Shown piece after piece: positions 25,822 through 38,300 of a stretch of DNA of 64,000 bases. The notes below the pieces were generated by a model. It was given only the letters and a program-made list of their open reading frames with translations, was not told the DNA's origin and searched no databases. Made by a program: the position numbers and the translations under genes. How positions within the stretch are numbered: the stretch's first letter is position 1; the number at the start of each line of letters is the position of its first letter. The stretch is from Polymyxa betae A26-41 (Eukaryota > Protista > Endomyxa: Phytomyxea): NCBI GenBank assembly GCA_003693705.1, contig RBZT01000348.1, positions 1 to 64,000 of the forward strand, read 5' to 3'.

Positions 25822-27444
25822 ATGGGCAGGCGTGCCCGGGCCGTCGAACTAGTCCTTGGAAATGTTATTGAGCGAGCTGTATCTGACCAGGGAGCTTTTG
25901 ATCAGCATAAATCCACCATTGTTCACGATGCCACTCTGAGAGCGCCTTCTGATGATGCCAGCTCATCACGCCCATCAAGTAGTATCTTTGATAATTGTCA
26001 GGCGGTAAACTCACTGCATCCCCAATTCGATACTTCTAAGGCTCTAAAACATGGGATTGCCCACTCCATGATGCCATCCAGTGCCATCATTGATGATGAT
26101 GGTGAATCTATTGGTTCAGATGGAGGAAGGTCTTCATTCAATGAATCTGCTATCTCAATTGGACGGATGCCATCCACCACCTCATTTAAACCAATCGGCA
26201 ACATCACTCTTCAAAAATTTCGTGAAGCAATTACACAGAAACATGAAGTACATAATCGCTTTAGAGATCTATCGATGGCAATCGCTTATAAGAAAATTCA
26301 GGTGAGGTATAGATCTGGAACAGAACCCAAAATGGATTCTAAAGAGCCACATCAACCTGAATCTCCTGCACCAAGTAGAGGGAACATGAAGTCCATCAGG
26401 TTCAGCTTCAAAACTTACGTATGTATTGATGCAGAATCGTCATTGAGATTATTATCGACATGAATTTAGGCCGGAGAGGTATTTGCTGCCATCAGGAGTA
26501 CATTAGGCATTTCAACTGATGATTACGTCAAATCTTTGGCAAATAATGAGGCTTTTCAGGATTTCGTATCGAATTCCAAGTAAACGCTCTTTCCCATGGG
26601 ACTGGATCGCTGTGCAACTAAGAAACTTTTGATAGGTCTGGGGCCTTTTTCTTTTTCACCACAGATGGCAAATATATTATCAAGACCATGTCCCATAACG
26701 AATCACTCTGGTTTCGCGATTTCCTTCCTGATTATTTCCAACATCTACATAATCATCCGCTCTCTGTTCTGGTCCGCATCGTTGGCCTGTACAGGTTGAA
26801 ATTTAGCGGTACCATTCTACCAGAACTCTGAATAGGCAGGTCATGCTGATATCGCTTTAGGAGGAACGCGGCACAATCTACACTTTTATGTCATGCTGAA
26901 CGTGTTCTCTCGAAATGAATCGATCCCGATTCATCACAAATTTGATCTGAAAGGGTCCACATACGGTCGTGAGGCCAAAGGTTCTGAACCGGTTATGAAG
27001 GACGTCGATTTCGAACGGCTCCAAATGAATCTAGATCTGGGGCCTCATTGCGGCCACTTTTTATCGACATTAGGCATTGATGCGGAATTCTTGGCCAAGG
27101 CCAAACAGATGGACTACAGCCTTCTGGTTGGTATATATGATCGGAGGAAAGATTCTCCCGATCTCACCGAGGACGAACTCCTTCTAAGGCTCGGGTACAC
27201 TGCCGAGGAGGCCATGCAACCTTTATCGTATGATAGGAGAGGGATCCTATCGTTCGATGGCGATAACAAGATCAGGTTTGTGTACTTTCTGGGTATCATC
27301 GACTACCTTCAGAAGTACAACTGGAGGAAGAAGGCCGAACACTTTTTTAAAGCGATCCGGCATGATGGCGACTCAATTAGCGCTGTAAACCCCACCATCT
27401 ACGCCCATCGATTTACTTCATTCATTGAGAAACATTTGTCTTAA
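25822..27444 (+). CDS. Phosphatidylinositol phosphate kinase (PIP5K family), multi-exon
   Basis: FSFKTY, NSKSGAFFFF..DGKYIIKT, FYVMLNVF, KFDLKGST, KDVDF, MDYSLLVG, GIIDYLQKY and ISAVNP..YA.RF. Confidence 0.93.
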
Positions 27445-27481
27445 TCCTGATTAAATTATTTCGCAACAGATATCTATTGTT

Positions 27482-28117
27482 CTAATTGCTGATCTCTTCG
27501 AATCTGCTCGGGTCCGACCATCGAATCTTATTTGTTCCTAAGACTGGCATTTTGTGTGATTCTGCATGACCTGCAATAGCTCGATCTGTAATACCAAGCG
27601 TTTGTCCAATGTCATGTGCTGTCATCCCTTCAAATTGTGGCGAAGTTAATATGGGGCATCCAGGTACAAATCCCAATGCCTGTAGTTGTCTCTTGGTCAT
27701 ACGCGATAATGGAACACGTCCCCATTCTTCTACAGACAGCTCACGACCCAACCAATGTGCAATCGCTTCCATCTCTGGATCGTGAATACGTTTGGAGATA
27801 TCCTGCAAATTCATCAGGGCCAGGCCCGGATGTTGAACTGACGTTGAAGCGGGATGGGCCGGTACGTGTGGCTTCTGGTCGTCGTGTTGCTTGCGAACGT
27901 ATCGATGGAGATCGTATTTCATTCTCAGATAGATGCTGGACATGATCAGTGGCAGTAATAGATAGAGCCAGGATGGTGACATGGGCCAGGGCCATACTGG
28001 CCCCGATTTCGGTTGCCCTTCCGGCGACACATTGTTGACCTGCATGAGAAGCTGTTCAGAACTGATGCAAGGGCAATTTAGACTCAGGATGCATAGCAGG
28101 ATCACGACTTTGAGCAT
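27482..28117 (-). CDS. Hypothetical type-I membrane protein (signal peptide plus one TM)
   Basis: 211-aa ORF with signal MLKVVILLCILSLNCPCIS and TM WLYLLLPLIMSSIYL. Confidence 0.65.
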   Translation of the reverse strand: MLKVVILLCILSLNCPCISSEQLLMQVNNVSPEGQPKSGPVWPWPMSPSWLYLLLPLIMSSIYLRMKYDLHRYVRKQHDDQKPHVPAHPASTSVQHPGLALMNLQDISKRIHDPEMEAIAHWLGRELSVEEWGRVPLSRMTKRQLQALGFVPGCPILTSPQFEGMTAHDIGQTLGITDRAIAGHAESHKMPVLGTNKIRWSDPSRFEEISN

Positions 28118-28272
28118 TGCTATTGATCTATGACTGATTGTTGAGATTCAACTCTATTTTTCGATGAATTAAGCCTCAGGGGCCAGTGGGTTATATTAAT
28201 TCTTAGCATGTTATCATTCGTCTGTATTGCTGATCAAACTAGGTGGGCATTGGACAGATAATGAGCAAATGA

Positions 28273-28543
28273 TCAGAGAATAGGTAGCCATGTCTTATGC
28301 GACTTCCAATATTTGAACACATTGACAACACCAGTAGTCGCCAGCATAATTAGAATAAAACCAACTATGAATACAGTGATCCTGACAGGATAATTAATGA
28401 AACGATTAGACATGTACTGAGAGATTGTATTCTTACATGAACAAGACGAATCGCCTAACAAACCCTTCCTTACGACGGGTCTGTTGTGGACCCAGCCGCA
28501 GACTAACATCTTTGCTGGTGGTGGTGGCACGCGTTTCGGCCAT
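28273..28543 (-). CDS. Small (~73 aa) single-pass membrane protein, two exons
   Basis: MAETRATTTSKD..RRFVLFM|ITVFIVGFILIMLATTGVVNVFKYWK; the in-frame join is across a GTAAG..CAG intron. Confidence 0.55.
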
Positions 28544-28687
28544 CGATGCCTGCAGGATCTTGATCTCTTGATTGAGTGTGAACGTTTAAAGTACTGAGGG
28601 CAGTGGATAAGATATGTTGGTGTGAATCTGGTTGTGTCACAGAAGGTTGTGATGCATCTCCAGCAGTAACTCTTGATTGAGAACTTG

Positions 28688-31476
28688 TTAGTGCTCAATG
28701 CCGAGACCGCCTGCCGGGCCGCTACTACTTCGAAGTCTCTGCACTAGATTATACAGACGATGTTCCAGATCCAGCTGGTTGCCATCAGTCGGGTCGTTGT
28801 TGTCGTCATCCCAGTCGCTATCATTATTGTTCATAGCCGATGTTGTGGCACTGCTTGAACTCTGACCACTATCTGAATCTAAGCTGAGCTTCTTAATGTG
28901 ACCTGTTGATGGTGTCACTAATAATAGGCCATAATGCTGCTCATGATTTTCGCAGCTATAAACACGACCATGACGTCTTGATATGGCGTTCAGCAGATCA
29001 TCAATCCAACCTGATTACAGAATCAATTTTAGTCACTGTCTTAACAACTATTTTGAAATAAATTCGAGCCAAGATCCGCCCAAAGGCAGAAGTATAGATC
29101 TGAGAAATCCATACGGATTTGGTGACCAATCACATTTAAATAAAGTATAAAACAGAACAAAAGTGATGAATACCTGACTTATGGTGAAGAGATATATTGC
29201 CAAGTATATCAATAGCCATGATAGGATCAGATTCTGGATCTGCTATCATCTCAATACATAAATCAGCAATATCATCAGCAATATTATCAGAAATGTGACT
29301 CATATCAACATGAACCAGAGCACGAATCAGATCGGGCCGGTAGGTCGTCGACGTCGATCGCGTCATTCGTAACACGATCGTCACGAACAGGTCGAGCTGT
29401 GATTTTGGGCATTGCTGAGCCACCTCTAAGATCGCATCCCGGATCGAATGCACGAACCAATCACGACCTGGACCTGGAATCTGTACGATCAGCTGTCCGC
29501 TCTGAGAAAGGACGAATTGCCGATATCGATCAGCAGCTGCAGTGGATTTAGCGATTAGAACCCATAATACAGCTAGAGATAGAACGGTGATACGATCAGG
29601 TTTGGGTTGATTAGCCCATTTTATAAAGCAACATGGATCTGGTATATGATTGACATCTTTCATAAGCAGATATCGTGCACATAAACATGCACGAGCACGA
29701 TCTAACCATGTTCTATGGACACCACGAATACATTCAATCAATGTACGATTACATATTGATTCACTAAATTGCAATAGACCTGATACTATCTGATCTGACA
29801 TTCGACGTAATTCCCATTGATAACTAAATCCACATTCAATAGCTGTAGAGATCCAGTACGACATCATCTATCAATATACAGATTCAGTTCATATCCTATC
29901 TATTAACCCATTAATTCAAACAAGAGTACGTACAGTTGATAGTTTTGCAATATTTGGATGTAATATGAATGTTGATTGATTACATTGTGAGCATATCTGT
30001 CTTGGTATATCTTTATATTCATATCCAGTCCAGATAGGTGATTTATCTGTCTCCATAGACATTAACATGGATATAAATCTTGATTGATCAGATCGTGATC
30101 TGATCTCAGATATTGATTGCGAACGTAATCGTATCTCATTATGAAGACAGGTTCCAGATTCATTTGTTATCTGCACCTAATAACATGTCTATTAATACAA
30201 CATGACAAATTGCATGATATGATATATATACGGGATATGATGGTGATAAACTAGATCTATGTCTATCACGACGTGATGTTCCCATTAATCTTGTATATAA
30301 ATATGTAATAATTAATTCTTGTGACATGAGAATACCTTCTGCTAATCTCCAGTTATGTATATCAATTATAACATCATCTTTATCATCTCTTGGAGGTGGA
30401 ATATTCGAACTTGACGTGTAATATGACCCATATTGATCAACAGCTGCATTAACATTGTGATTATCCTGAAGGGGATTCACAGCCCGAATCTCCATAGATT
30501 TTCTAGTTAATGAATGTATGATGTAGGATATAAATAAACATTGATGAAATATATCATGATCTGATATATCATGTACTGATATTAGACCAATATAAACTTT
30601 ACTACACATTTGACGTACAGTTGATGCCTGAATATCAATATATGAGATAAACCCTCTAATTCTACCTACACCATACCTGATGAGCCAGATATCTCTCTAA
30701 CACTGCATAATATTTAGGCCATAGATCTAATAATTGTCTATATCCCATATGTGATACAATCTCAATCATAAGCTCTAAAAGTCCTTCAATACAAAATACT
30801 GAATATCGCTCTCCATCATTGAGCATGTTCAATGTCTCATTAAATGCTAGTAAAGATGTAGGCCCAGAACCAGTACGACTGACATAGGCCGAATATATCT
30901 TGACAGCACAATGTCGTATACTGACCTATGGATTACATAAGAGATTTGTCATTGATAAATATGATGATATTGTGATACCTGTTCATCTTGTATAGTATGA
31001 AATATAATATTAACAATATGCTGTGTAATAAATGCAGGATATACTGATATATTATTAATATCATGGTTATGATATGATCGTATAATAGATAATAATGCAG
31101 ATATAGCACCATGACGTTGTTGCCATATATCATCTGATAATATAATCTTATATAATTCATTCACAAATAGACTGAGATCATCAATCGATATCCACATTGT
31201 TATACTTGATATTATCTTAGATGATATCTGACGTATTGCAGACCAGATATGAGTTATACCCCATAATAACACCTTCATCAGGTCGGGAGCCAGCACGACT
31301 CGCATATGCTGCTGCTGATGTCTGGCCCGTATTGATCGATCGAATAGTCCATATAGAGCTAGATGTCTGGCTGGATCTGACGTCGACTCAATACTATTTA
31401 ATAATTGAGGAATAAGTTGATGTAGATGTATATCTGTAATATGATATGTTCCAGTAAGTAGATCATCTATACACAT
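28688..31476 (-). CDS. HEAT/ARM-repeat-like protein, multi-exon, strongly composition-biased
   Basis: HEAT-like WSAIRQISSK, DIWQQRHGAISAL and DEQVSIRHCAV; a chain of minus-strand ORFs joined by short introns; acidic C-terminal DSDWDDD. Confidence 0.6.
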
Positions 31477-31544
31477 GATTATTATGATAATATATCATTA
31501 ATAGACCATATAGTACCATATATAGATCTATCATATACTTCACC

Positions 31545-32132
31545 ATGTCATATGACGATATTCTTCAAGAGATTAATATGGAGATCCAATACGCTCGTCA
31601 TCTATATAATCAAATACAACATCAACATCAGCAATCTTCTACATCGTCATCATCATCAGATGCCAGGCGTCGATACAAGCTTATTCGTGAGATTGATCAA
31701 GTAGATGCCGACCTGGTGGATCAATTTCAGGCGATATTGGCCCAGCATGTAGCTTATTATAAGAAGCATATAGCCGATAGATGGTCCATGCATGATTGTG
31801 TGCTAATTGATATTGAACATGACTCGGCTGATATGCAATGTGGTCTAGATCGACATCGAGATCAGATGCGACGTCAACGCCGATGGTGTCGATATATGTC
31901 CCATCATAATATAGAATATATAAGTGATAGATATAATACTGATCAACATCTTATATGTATACTTAATGAGCTACGTATATTATATCATATGATTATAAGA
32001 CATAACAATATTAATGACAAATTACAACATATTCAACCTGACAAATCTATCACTACTATATATCTGGATCTCATTCATAGATATCATCTACTTAAACAAC
32101 AGTATCAAATATTTCGTCTTATCTATCAATAA
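31545..32132 (+). CDS. Hypothetical helical protein (I/H/Q/D/Y-rich)
   Basis: 195-aa ATG-initiated ORF in ~30% GC sequence, unlikely by chance. Confidence 0.65.
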   Translation: MSYDDILQEINMEIQYARHLYNQIQHQHQQSSTSSSSSDARRRYKLIREIDQVDADLVDQFQAILAQHVAYYKKHIADRWSMHDCVLIDIEHDSADMQCGLDRHRDQMRRQRRWCRYMSHHNIEYISDRYNTDQHLICILNELRILYHMIIRHNNINDKLQHIQPDKSITTIYLDLIHRYHLLKQQYQIFRLIYQ

Positions 32133-32138
32133 TGATAT

Positions 32139-32736
32139 TCATTGTATTGAATGGAATGGCTGCATTGATCTGCATTTCGACCTGATCATATCAACAATCT
32201 TATCACATTCATGTTGATATCTGTCATAAATGAAGGGAATGCTGAACACCATGATATGAACTATGAACATGAGATCAGATATGAATGGATATGATAAGAT
32301 CCAGCATCTTACCAATTAGAAAGATATTCAATAGATCCAAATACATGCCTATATATGCCAATACACCAACACATAGAAGAATACCAACACTCTTTGGTAT
32401 CGATTGAAATGTGTAAATTCGTATAAATACCCGATATATATAGTTGATATTAGTAGTAATAATTTGCACATGTTCTATACTGATTAGATCGATATTGTCA
32501 TGGATCTTCCATTGATCTAATCTTGGTATATATCTAGTAGCAATAGCTGGAATATAATGTAATATACATGTAAATGATATCAATGTGACAAATGTCCAAT
32601 GTTCATATCTGATTAGATAATAGAATATAAGACCAGATATAAGACCAAGACCAGATATAATTGGATTATGCCATGATCCCAACCAATACAATAATGAACC
32701 AGATCTATCTACAACATACAACGAACTGGGAGGCAT
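32139..32736 (-). CDS. Reticulon-domain protein; one intron
   Basis: LLYW..NPIISG, two long hydrophobic hairpins, and spliced C-terminus VFSIPFIYDRYQHECDKIV typical of reticulons. Confidence 0.75.
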
Positions 32737-33090
32737 TATTCCACTTCACGACCTTCTCGTTCTATGACACGATGCCAGACAGATCACTGCCTCAGATCGA
32801 CACGGGGGACGGTACGACCCACACCCACCCAGGACGGCAGAAACAGCCCAGGATGACTTCAGCTACTAGACTCTATCTAATTGTGATTTGTATGAACCAA
32901 TGCTTGGCGGATTTAGCTGGGATTCGTTGCACCAGATAACATGCAGTTAATCGACTTAGATGACGTGAGCACACAATCATACGACGAACGACGAAACGAT
33001 CTCGGGTCGAGATTAACATTGGAAATATTGATATGTGCCTATAATGCAGAATGAAAGACATTTGTGATGTCATTGTTACCTGATACTATA

Positions 33091-33724
33091 TTATTGATTG
33101 GTATTTGGTTTATTGGATATCTGATGAGCATCATGCCTGCCTGTATAATATCCAGCATAATACCAAGATAGGAGAAGATTACATAGTTCTGGGTTATTAG
33201 TAGGTAATGGAGGTGTTGGTATAGTAGATCCATTACTTGAATGAATCATAACAGGATCAGATAGTGTAGCTGATTGATCAGCAATTGTCTGTTCTGGATC
33301 ATGTTTATAACTGATCTCATCAATACACTTCTGGCTAGGCATCTCTTCATCTACAATGGCTCCTTCTTCTTCTTCACCACCTTGCTCTCGTTCGTCTTCT
33401 TCGGCCTGCTCCATTTCGTTCACAATTTCTTCTATCTCACCTTCTTCGTCAGCCTCGTTTTCTGCTGTGACGCATTCAGGTTGCACTTTACTTGGTCTAG
33501 GATTGTGAATATGTAAATTAGACTGAGTTCGAGCTATTTTCTTGGGACGTCCAGATGATCCATGACTATGATATTCCTGAACGTGCCATTTAAAGGCAGT
33601 TCGCCAATAGATAATAAAAATACAATACATGGTACTGGTTATAATGTCGTTCGAAAGCAGAAACTAATGCAGAATCGTCCCAATCAGCTTGCAGGAGTAG
33701 ATTGTCATGAGACTCCTGGGCCAT
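33091..33724 (-). CDS. SMN: Survival motor neuron protein (Tudor-less form); one intron
   Basis: N-terminal Gemin2-binding WDDSALVSAF..YHEYHS and C-terminal PPLP..NLLLSWYYAGYYTG YG-box. Confidence 0.88.
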
Positions 33725-33929
33725 TTTAAACCTCTAGAAATGAATACAAAAAGAGGAACAAATTGCGCAAATTCTCTGTCGCACATTTCCAATGCAGAGC
33801 TCAAATCTGGAAACTTGAAGACGTTTTCTGCCGTAATTTGAATTTCTGCCGTAACCTGAAGAGATTGCCGCGATATTTTTCCTGACTCCTGGTCATCAAC
33901 TTTTGCACAAAATTCTGTGCATTTTCTCC

Positions 33930-35200
33930 ATGGCTGTCGATTCATGCGATCCTGCTGAAACTAACGTATTTCGTACATACGAGAAGCTATATAGGCGAGA
34001 TCCTGCTGCAAATTCAAGGAAGGAAAGGCGTCGCCAGAAACGGACTGTAATCGACGAGGAAAAGTTCTCAAATATCGTCGATTTCCGATCGCTAGGTTCA
34101 ACCAAGTACATACTCGGTTTAGTTAGTGTCAGCAATTTGTGTGATATTCCTTGCTTCAGATGGCGTGATATTGTTAAGCCAGTTGAGATGCATGTTGGTA
34201 TGCAACGACGTTTGCTGGATGGAGATAGAGCACAAATGTTCGAAATTACAAACCACCCAGGTCTATTCGTTATAACCGATGCATTCTCTCCCAGACAACA
34301 ACTGTTGTGGGTCAAGGTCCTATGTTCCGTCCTAGTTCCCGTTTGTTCAATTGCTGAATTTTCATCCCAAAGCGTGCTCTAAGTGAGTTCTCTCTGGGTC
34401 CATATACCAATCTATGGAGCCATGGAGAGAAAATCGATCCGTTATGGCAAAATGGAATCGAATCTGGAGATTTGACACCATTCAAGAGATTACGCTGGGC
34501 TAATATTGGCAGGCATTATGATTGGACTGCAAGGTATATTGGATTTTCATGGTTAAATATGTAGCACTGATCGTTCTGCTAGAGAGTACATGGATGTCAA
34601 AGAAATGCCTCCATTAGATAGTGATCTGGTGGAATTATTCAATGAAGTTGTAGCTGTTAGTGGTATCTATACTAAAGGAACGGTAAACTCGCTTCAATTT
34701 TCTGATATCGTACCTTGGTTGCTGATATGTTTATAGGCTCAAGCTGGGATCGTGAATTTTTATCCTTCTGGAACCTCTATGGGTACGAAACTGTTTTCGA
34801 TCGGATGATATTGGTTCTCATATTTACTAGGTGGTCATCTGGATGATGCGGAATCAGATATGATCTCACCTATTGTTTCATTAAGTATTGGTTGCTCGTG
34901 TGTCTACCTTCAGGGTGGTCATACACGTGCAGAAGCTCCCATTCCTCTATGGCTTAGAAGCGGTTAGCTTCATTTCGCACCTGGATCTCTAATGACTAAT
35001 CTGAGGTACGGTTTACAGGCGACATAATGATTATGGGTGGTGATGCCAGAATCTGCTACCATGGCGTCCCTCTAGTGACCTCGGGAACATTACTGGACGA
35101 ACTTAGGTTACTTCTCGAATCTGAGCATCCCAACTTTCTCAACTATCTTTCTAATGCTCGTGTGAACATCAATCTTCGCTCTGTAGATATACATCAATAA
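33930..35200 (+). CDS. ALKBH1: Fe(II)/2OG dioxygenase AlkB homolog 1, multi-exon
   Basis: HPGLFVI, RLRWANIGRHYDW, AGIVNFY, MGGHLDDAE, PIVSLSIG, LRSGDIMIMGG.AR..YHGVP and RVNINLR. Confidence 0.92.
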
Positions 35201-35308
35201 AGGCTTTGAGACAACCCTCCATGTAACATAAGCAAAGTCATGTCTAATGGTACAGTGCTGCAGGTCGTCTCATTGATATTGTTGTGGCTTTTATATTGAC
35301 GTTACCAA

Positions 35309-38300
35309 ATGACTTTGGTGACCTCACCAAGTTCTTTACATAATGCTAAAGAGCAAAAGGAGTCCAGCATCTCTAACACCAATACCATCCTTCTGCGGCT
35401 TCTGCAGCAGTTCATTCAATCAAACCGAACCATCACGTTTGCTCAGGAGGTCTTGGTCGACAATCCAGATTCCCTGTTTTTTGGTGGGACGCTCCCATCT
35501 GGTTCTCAGCCTTCGGTCTACTTATGCTTAACTGATAACTCGCTACTGCTGGTGAATATTGACCGAAACGCTTCGACCCGAACTCCTTTCTCTTCTGATT
35601 TGCGAAACCTAAAACAGATCGCCATTTCCGAACCTGACCCCAACTTACTTGCATTGACGGTAACAATTCGTTCATATAAATAACCAGCATCTAAGCGTTG
35701 TCAATCAGATTACAAAAGAATCCAGAACAGAGCAGATCCGCTTGCTTACTCGCCAAAGGAACCATGTAGTTGAAGCAATTCAGATAACAACAAGAGCTTA
35801 TCATTTGAACAAGCTTGGCCAAGTATTCAAATCCCTTGTTGAATTGTGTTATTCAGCTCCGCTTGTTTAGATCGGATCAGTTGAAGTCGTAATCCGCACG
35901 TTCACTCAGGCTAATGGCGAATCGATTCCTAGATCGCCTGCCGTCAAAACACCGTTAGTGTCGATACCCTTAAAACAACAATATTCTAAAGATGAACCCA
36001 GAGGAGCGCGTCGCTTCTATCGCGCCGGTTATTGGTTCGATGCTCCATTGCCGTTTGTCGACAAGAATGAATCTGTTCTGAATCGTCCTTTTTCAACATA
36101 TTTTCTCAGCAATGGTTTCATCTCGATTTCGAAATAAGTCGCTTCTTCGTCCTCACCTTCGTTCGACTTTAGGTGAAGGAGAAGCAGACCCAGATAGTGC
36201 TCGAATGCTAGTGCGAATTGAACCAGTTCGGCAGATATTGATGTCCAATGAACACCATTGTCATAGTGATCAAAGTCTACGATTATGGACTGAAATGTGT
36301 GCCCATACCATTGCTGTAAGGAAGTCGGGTCTGCAATTATCTGTGAAATGAAATAAGGCAGAGAAATGAGCTGACAGCTGAGGACGGTGACCAATTCCAA
36401 TACCTGTTCTTTGAAAGCACCAAAATGGACGAGAAAGGCTCAAATGAACGTGAAGGACAATGGATAGCCTACCGAATTATGGTTGCTTTGCCATCTCGCC
36501 ATATTGTTCTTATTGGAGTCAGAAGAAACTGTTAGTCCTTCCGATAGAAACTGTCTTGAATTTTCAATTCTTCTGTTCAGTTATTCCACCTCTGGCTGAT
36601 GTCTATCAAGACCTTCTCTTCGTATACATTAATGAGCGCCAGCACACGACATCACCAAATCGTGGGTTCCTTCGTTTCTGGTTTTTTGAAGCTAAATCCC
36701 TGCGCAGGAATGTTCATTGACGAAGGCTGTGGCGACATACTGATGGAAATTGTGAAATCGCTTCGTCCTGCATCGGAGGAAGAGCTCCTGCCATCCGATA
36801 AAATTCCTTTCTATAGTACTGAACTTCTTCAAGCAAGATCTGACGCATTGCTGTAATGGGTTTTGTCAACAGTTTCAGGTGACTAAATTTAAGTAGTGAT
36901 GATGTTATTACTTCTGGCTGGATACGAGCTAATCTTTCAATTAAACCTGAACTTTCTGTCCTGGGGACTAGATGGAAGCATCTACTATTCGCCTTTTGTG
37001 GAACTTTGCTGAGACTGACTCCTGATTTTGCAAATCCCATTGCGAGTGTAAAATCCGGAACCAGTGATGAACGAGAGCCGAAATGGCAAAAAATTCGCAA
37101 TTTAGGTAATGAGAATTTACTTTGATCGTATCACTCTTATAATTCCATAGCATTTGCTGATGATCCTTTATCTCTGACCAGCTGGATTGAAGAACAACTA
37201 ATGGAGCAGTTTGAAATTTCTGCAAACGTAACGCTAAATTTATCGTGATCGGCTTCGTTGATGGTATGGCTAGGAAGCAGCAACGGCTTCGATTCGAGCA
37301 CGAATTGCAGCACAATTTATGATGGCAGTTGATGGATCGGAAAACAGTCGTCTTCCCATTCCCATGTCAATTGAAGTTATTGTTGCCCTGGCATGTGAAA
37401 CAAAAGATATCGGAACCCGAGCAGTATGACAGCATTAATGCAATTTTGCAGCCTTTTTCAAGCAACAGCTAGGTTCTTAATAGAGTTTTGGATTATCTCG
37501 CCCATATGCGCGCCCCTGGAAGAATGTTTCTGCAGAACGGAAGCCTTCTTGATAAGGTCGAGGTGGTATCCGAGTTACCGCGTGAATTTAGTCCCTTTCA
37601 GATTAAAGACGAATCGTTGATAACCGATTTCATCTGTAATGAACACTGTTTGATTTCAATTCTTTCACCACCGCATCATTATCTTCAAAGGCTTATCCGT
37701 GATAGCAATTGGTCATCAGAGTAACCCTCACTCAGTATATTTCATTTCGGTATTCTCACCTGATAATAGTCTCGCGAATGCATCTTTGGCAAGTTTTTAT
37801 AAATCTCTTCTGATCAAGAACTATAATCTCGACCTCTTTCAAGTTGTTTGTCATCAAGTAATGGACCGCGTTATATCATGAAGCTCTTCTCAATACATAT
37901 TTTAGCTGAGCCTTTTAGAGATACCCAAATCATCTTGGCGCTATTGGCTCTCTATAATTGATCCATTAACTACACTTCTTGAGGTATGCCTTTGCGACTC
38001 GAGATGGAACAAGGCTTCTCAATGAGAGTGACAGCAAGGGAACATTTACGTGAAAAGGTGGTCATCTGATGCCCTCTATGGTGCAATTAGCTGTCAGGAT
38101 CTGTTGAAAGAAGTATCAGCAAATGGAAAAGGTGACTAACATCCTGAATACGATGCGCCTTCCCTCACTCAATCAATTCGCTAGTTCTGGAGATGGCTCT
38201 GGATAATCTGCTTTATAGCAACGTATACATTGTTTCGATCACTGCTCGAGCATCTGATAGTTTGCAATAGGATTCCCTATTGATGCAATCGTCTGCACGG

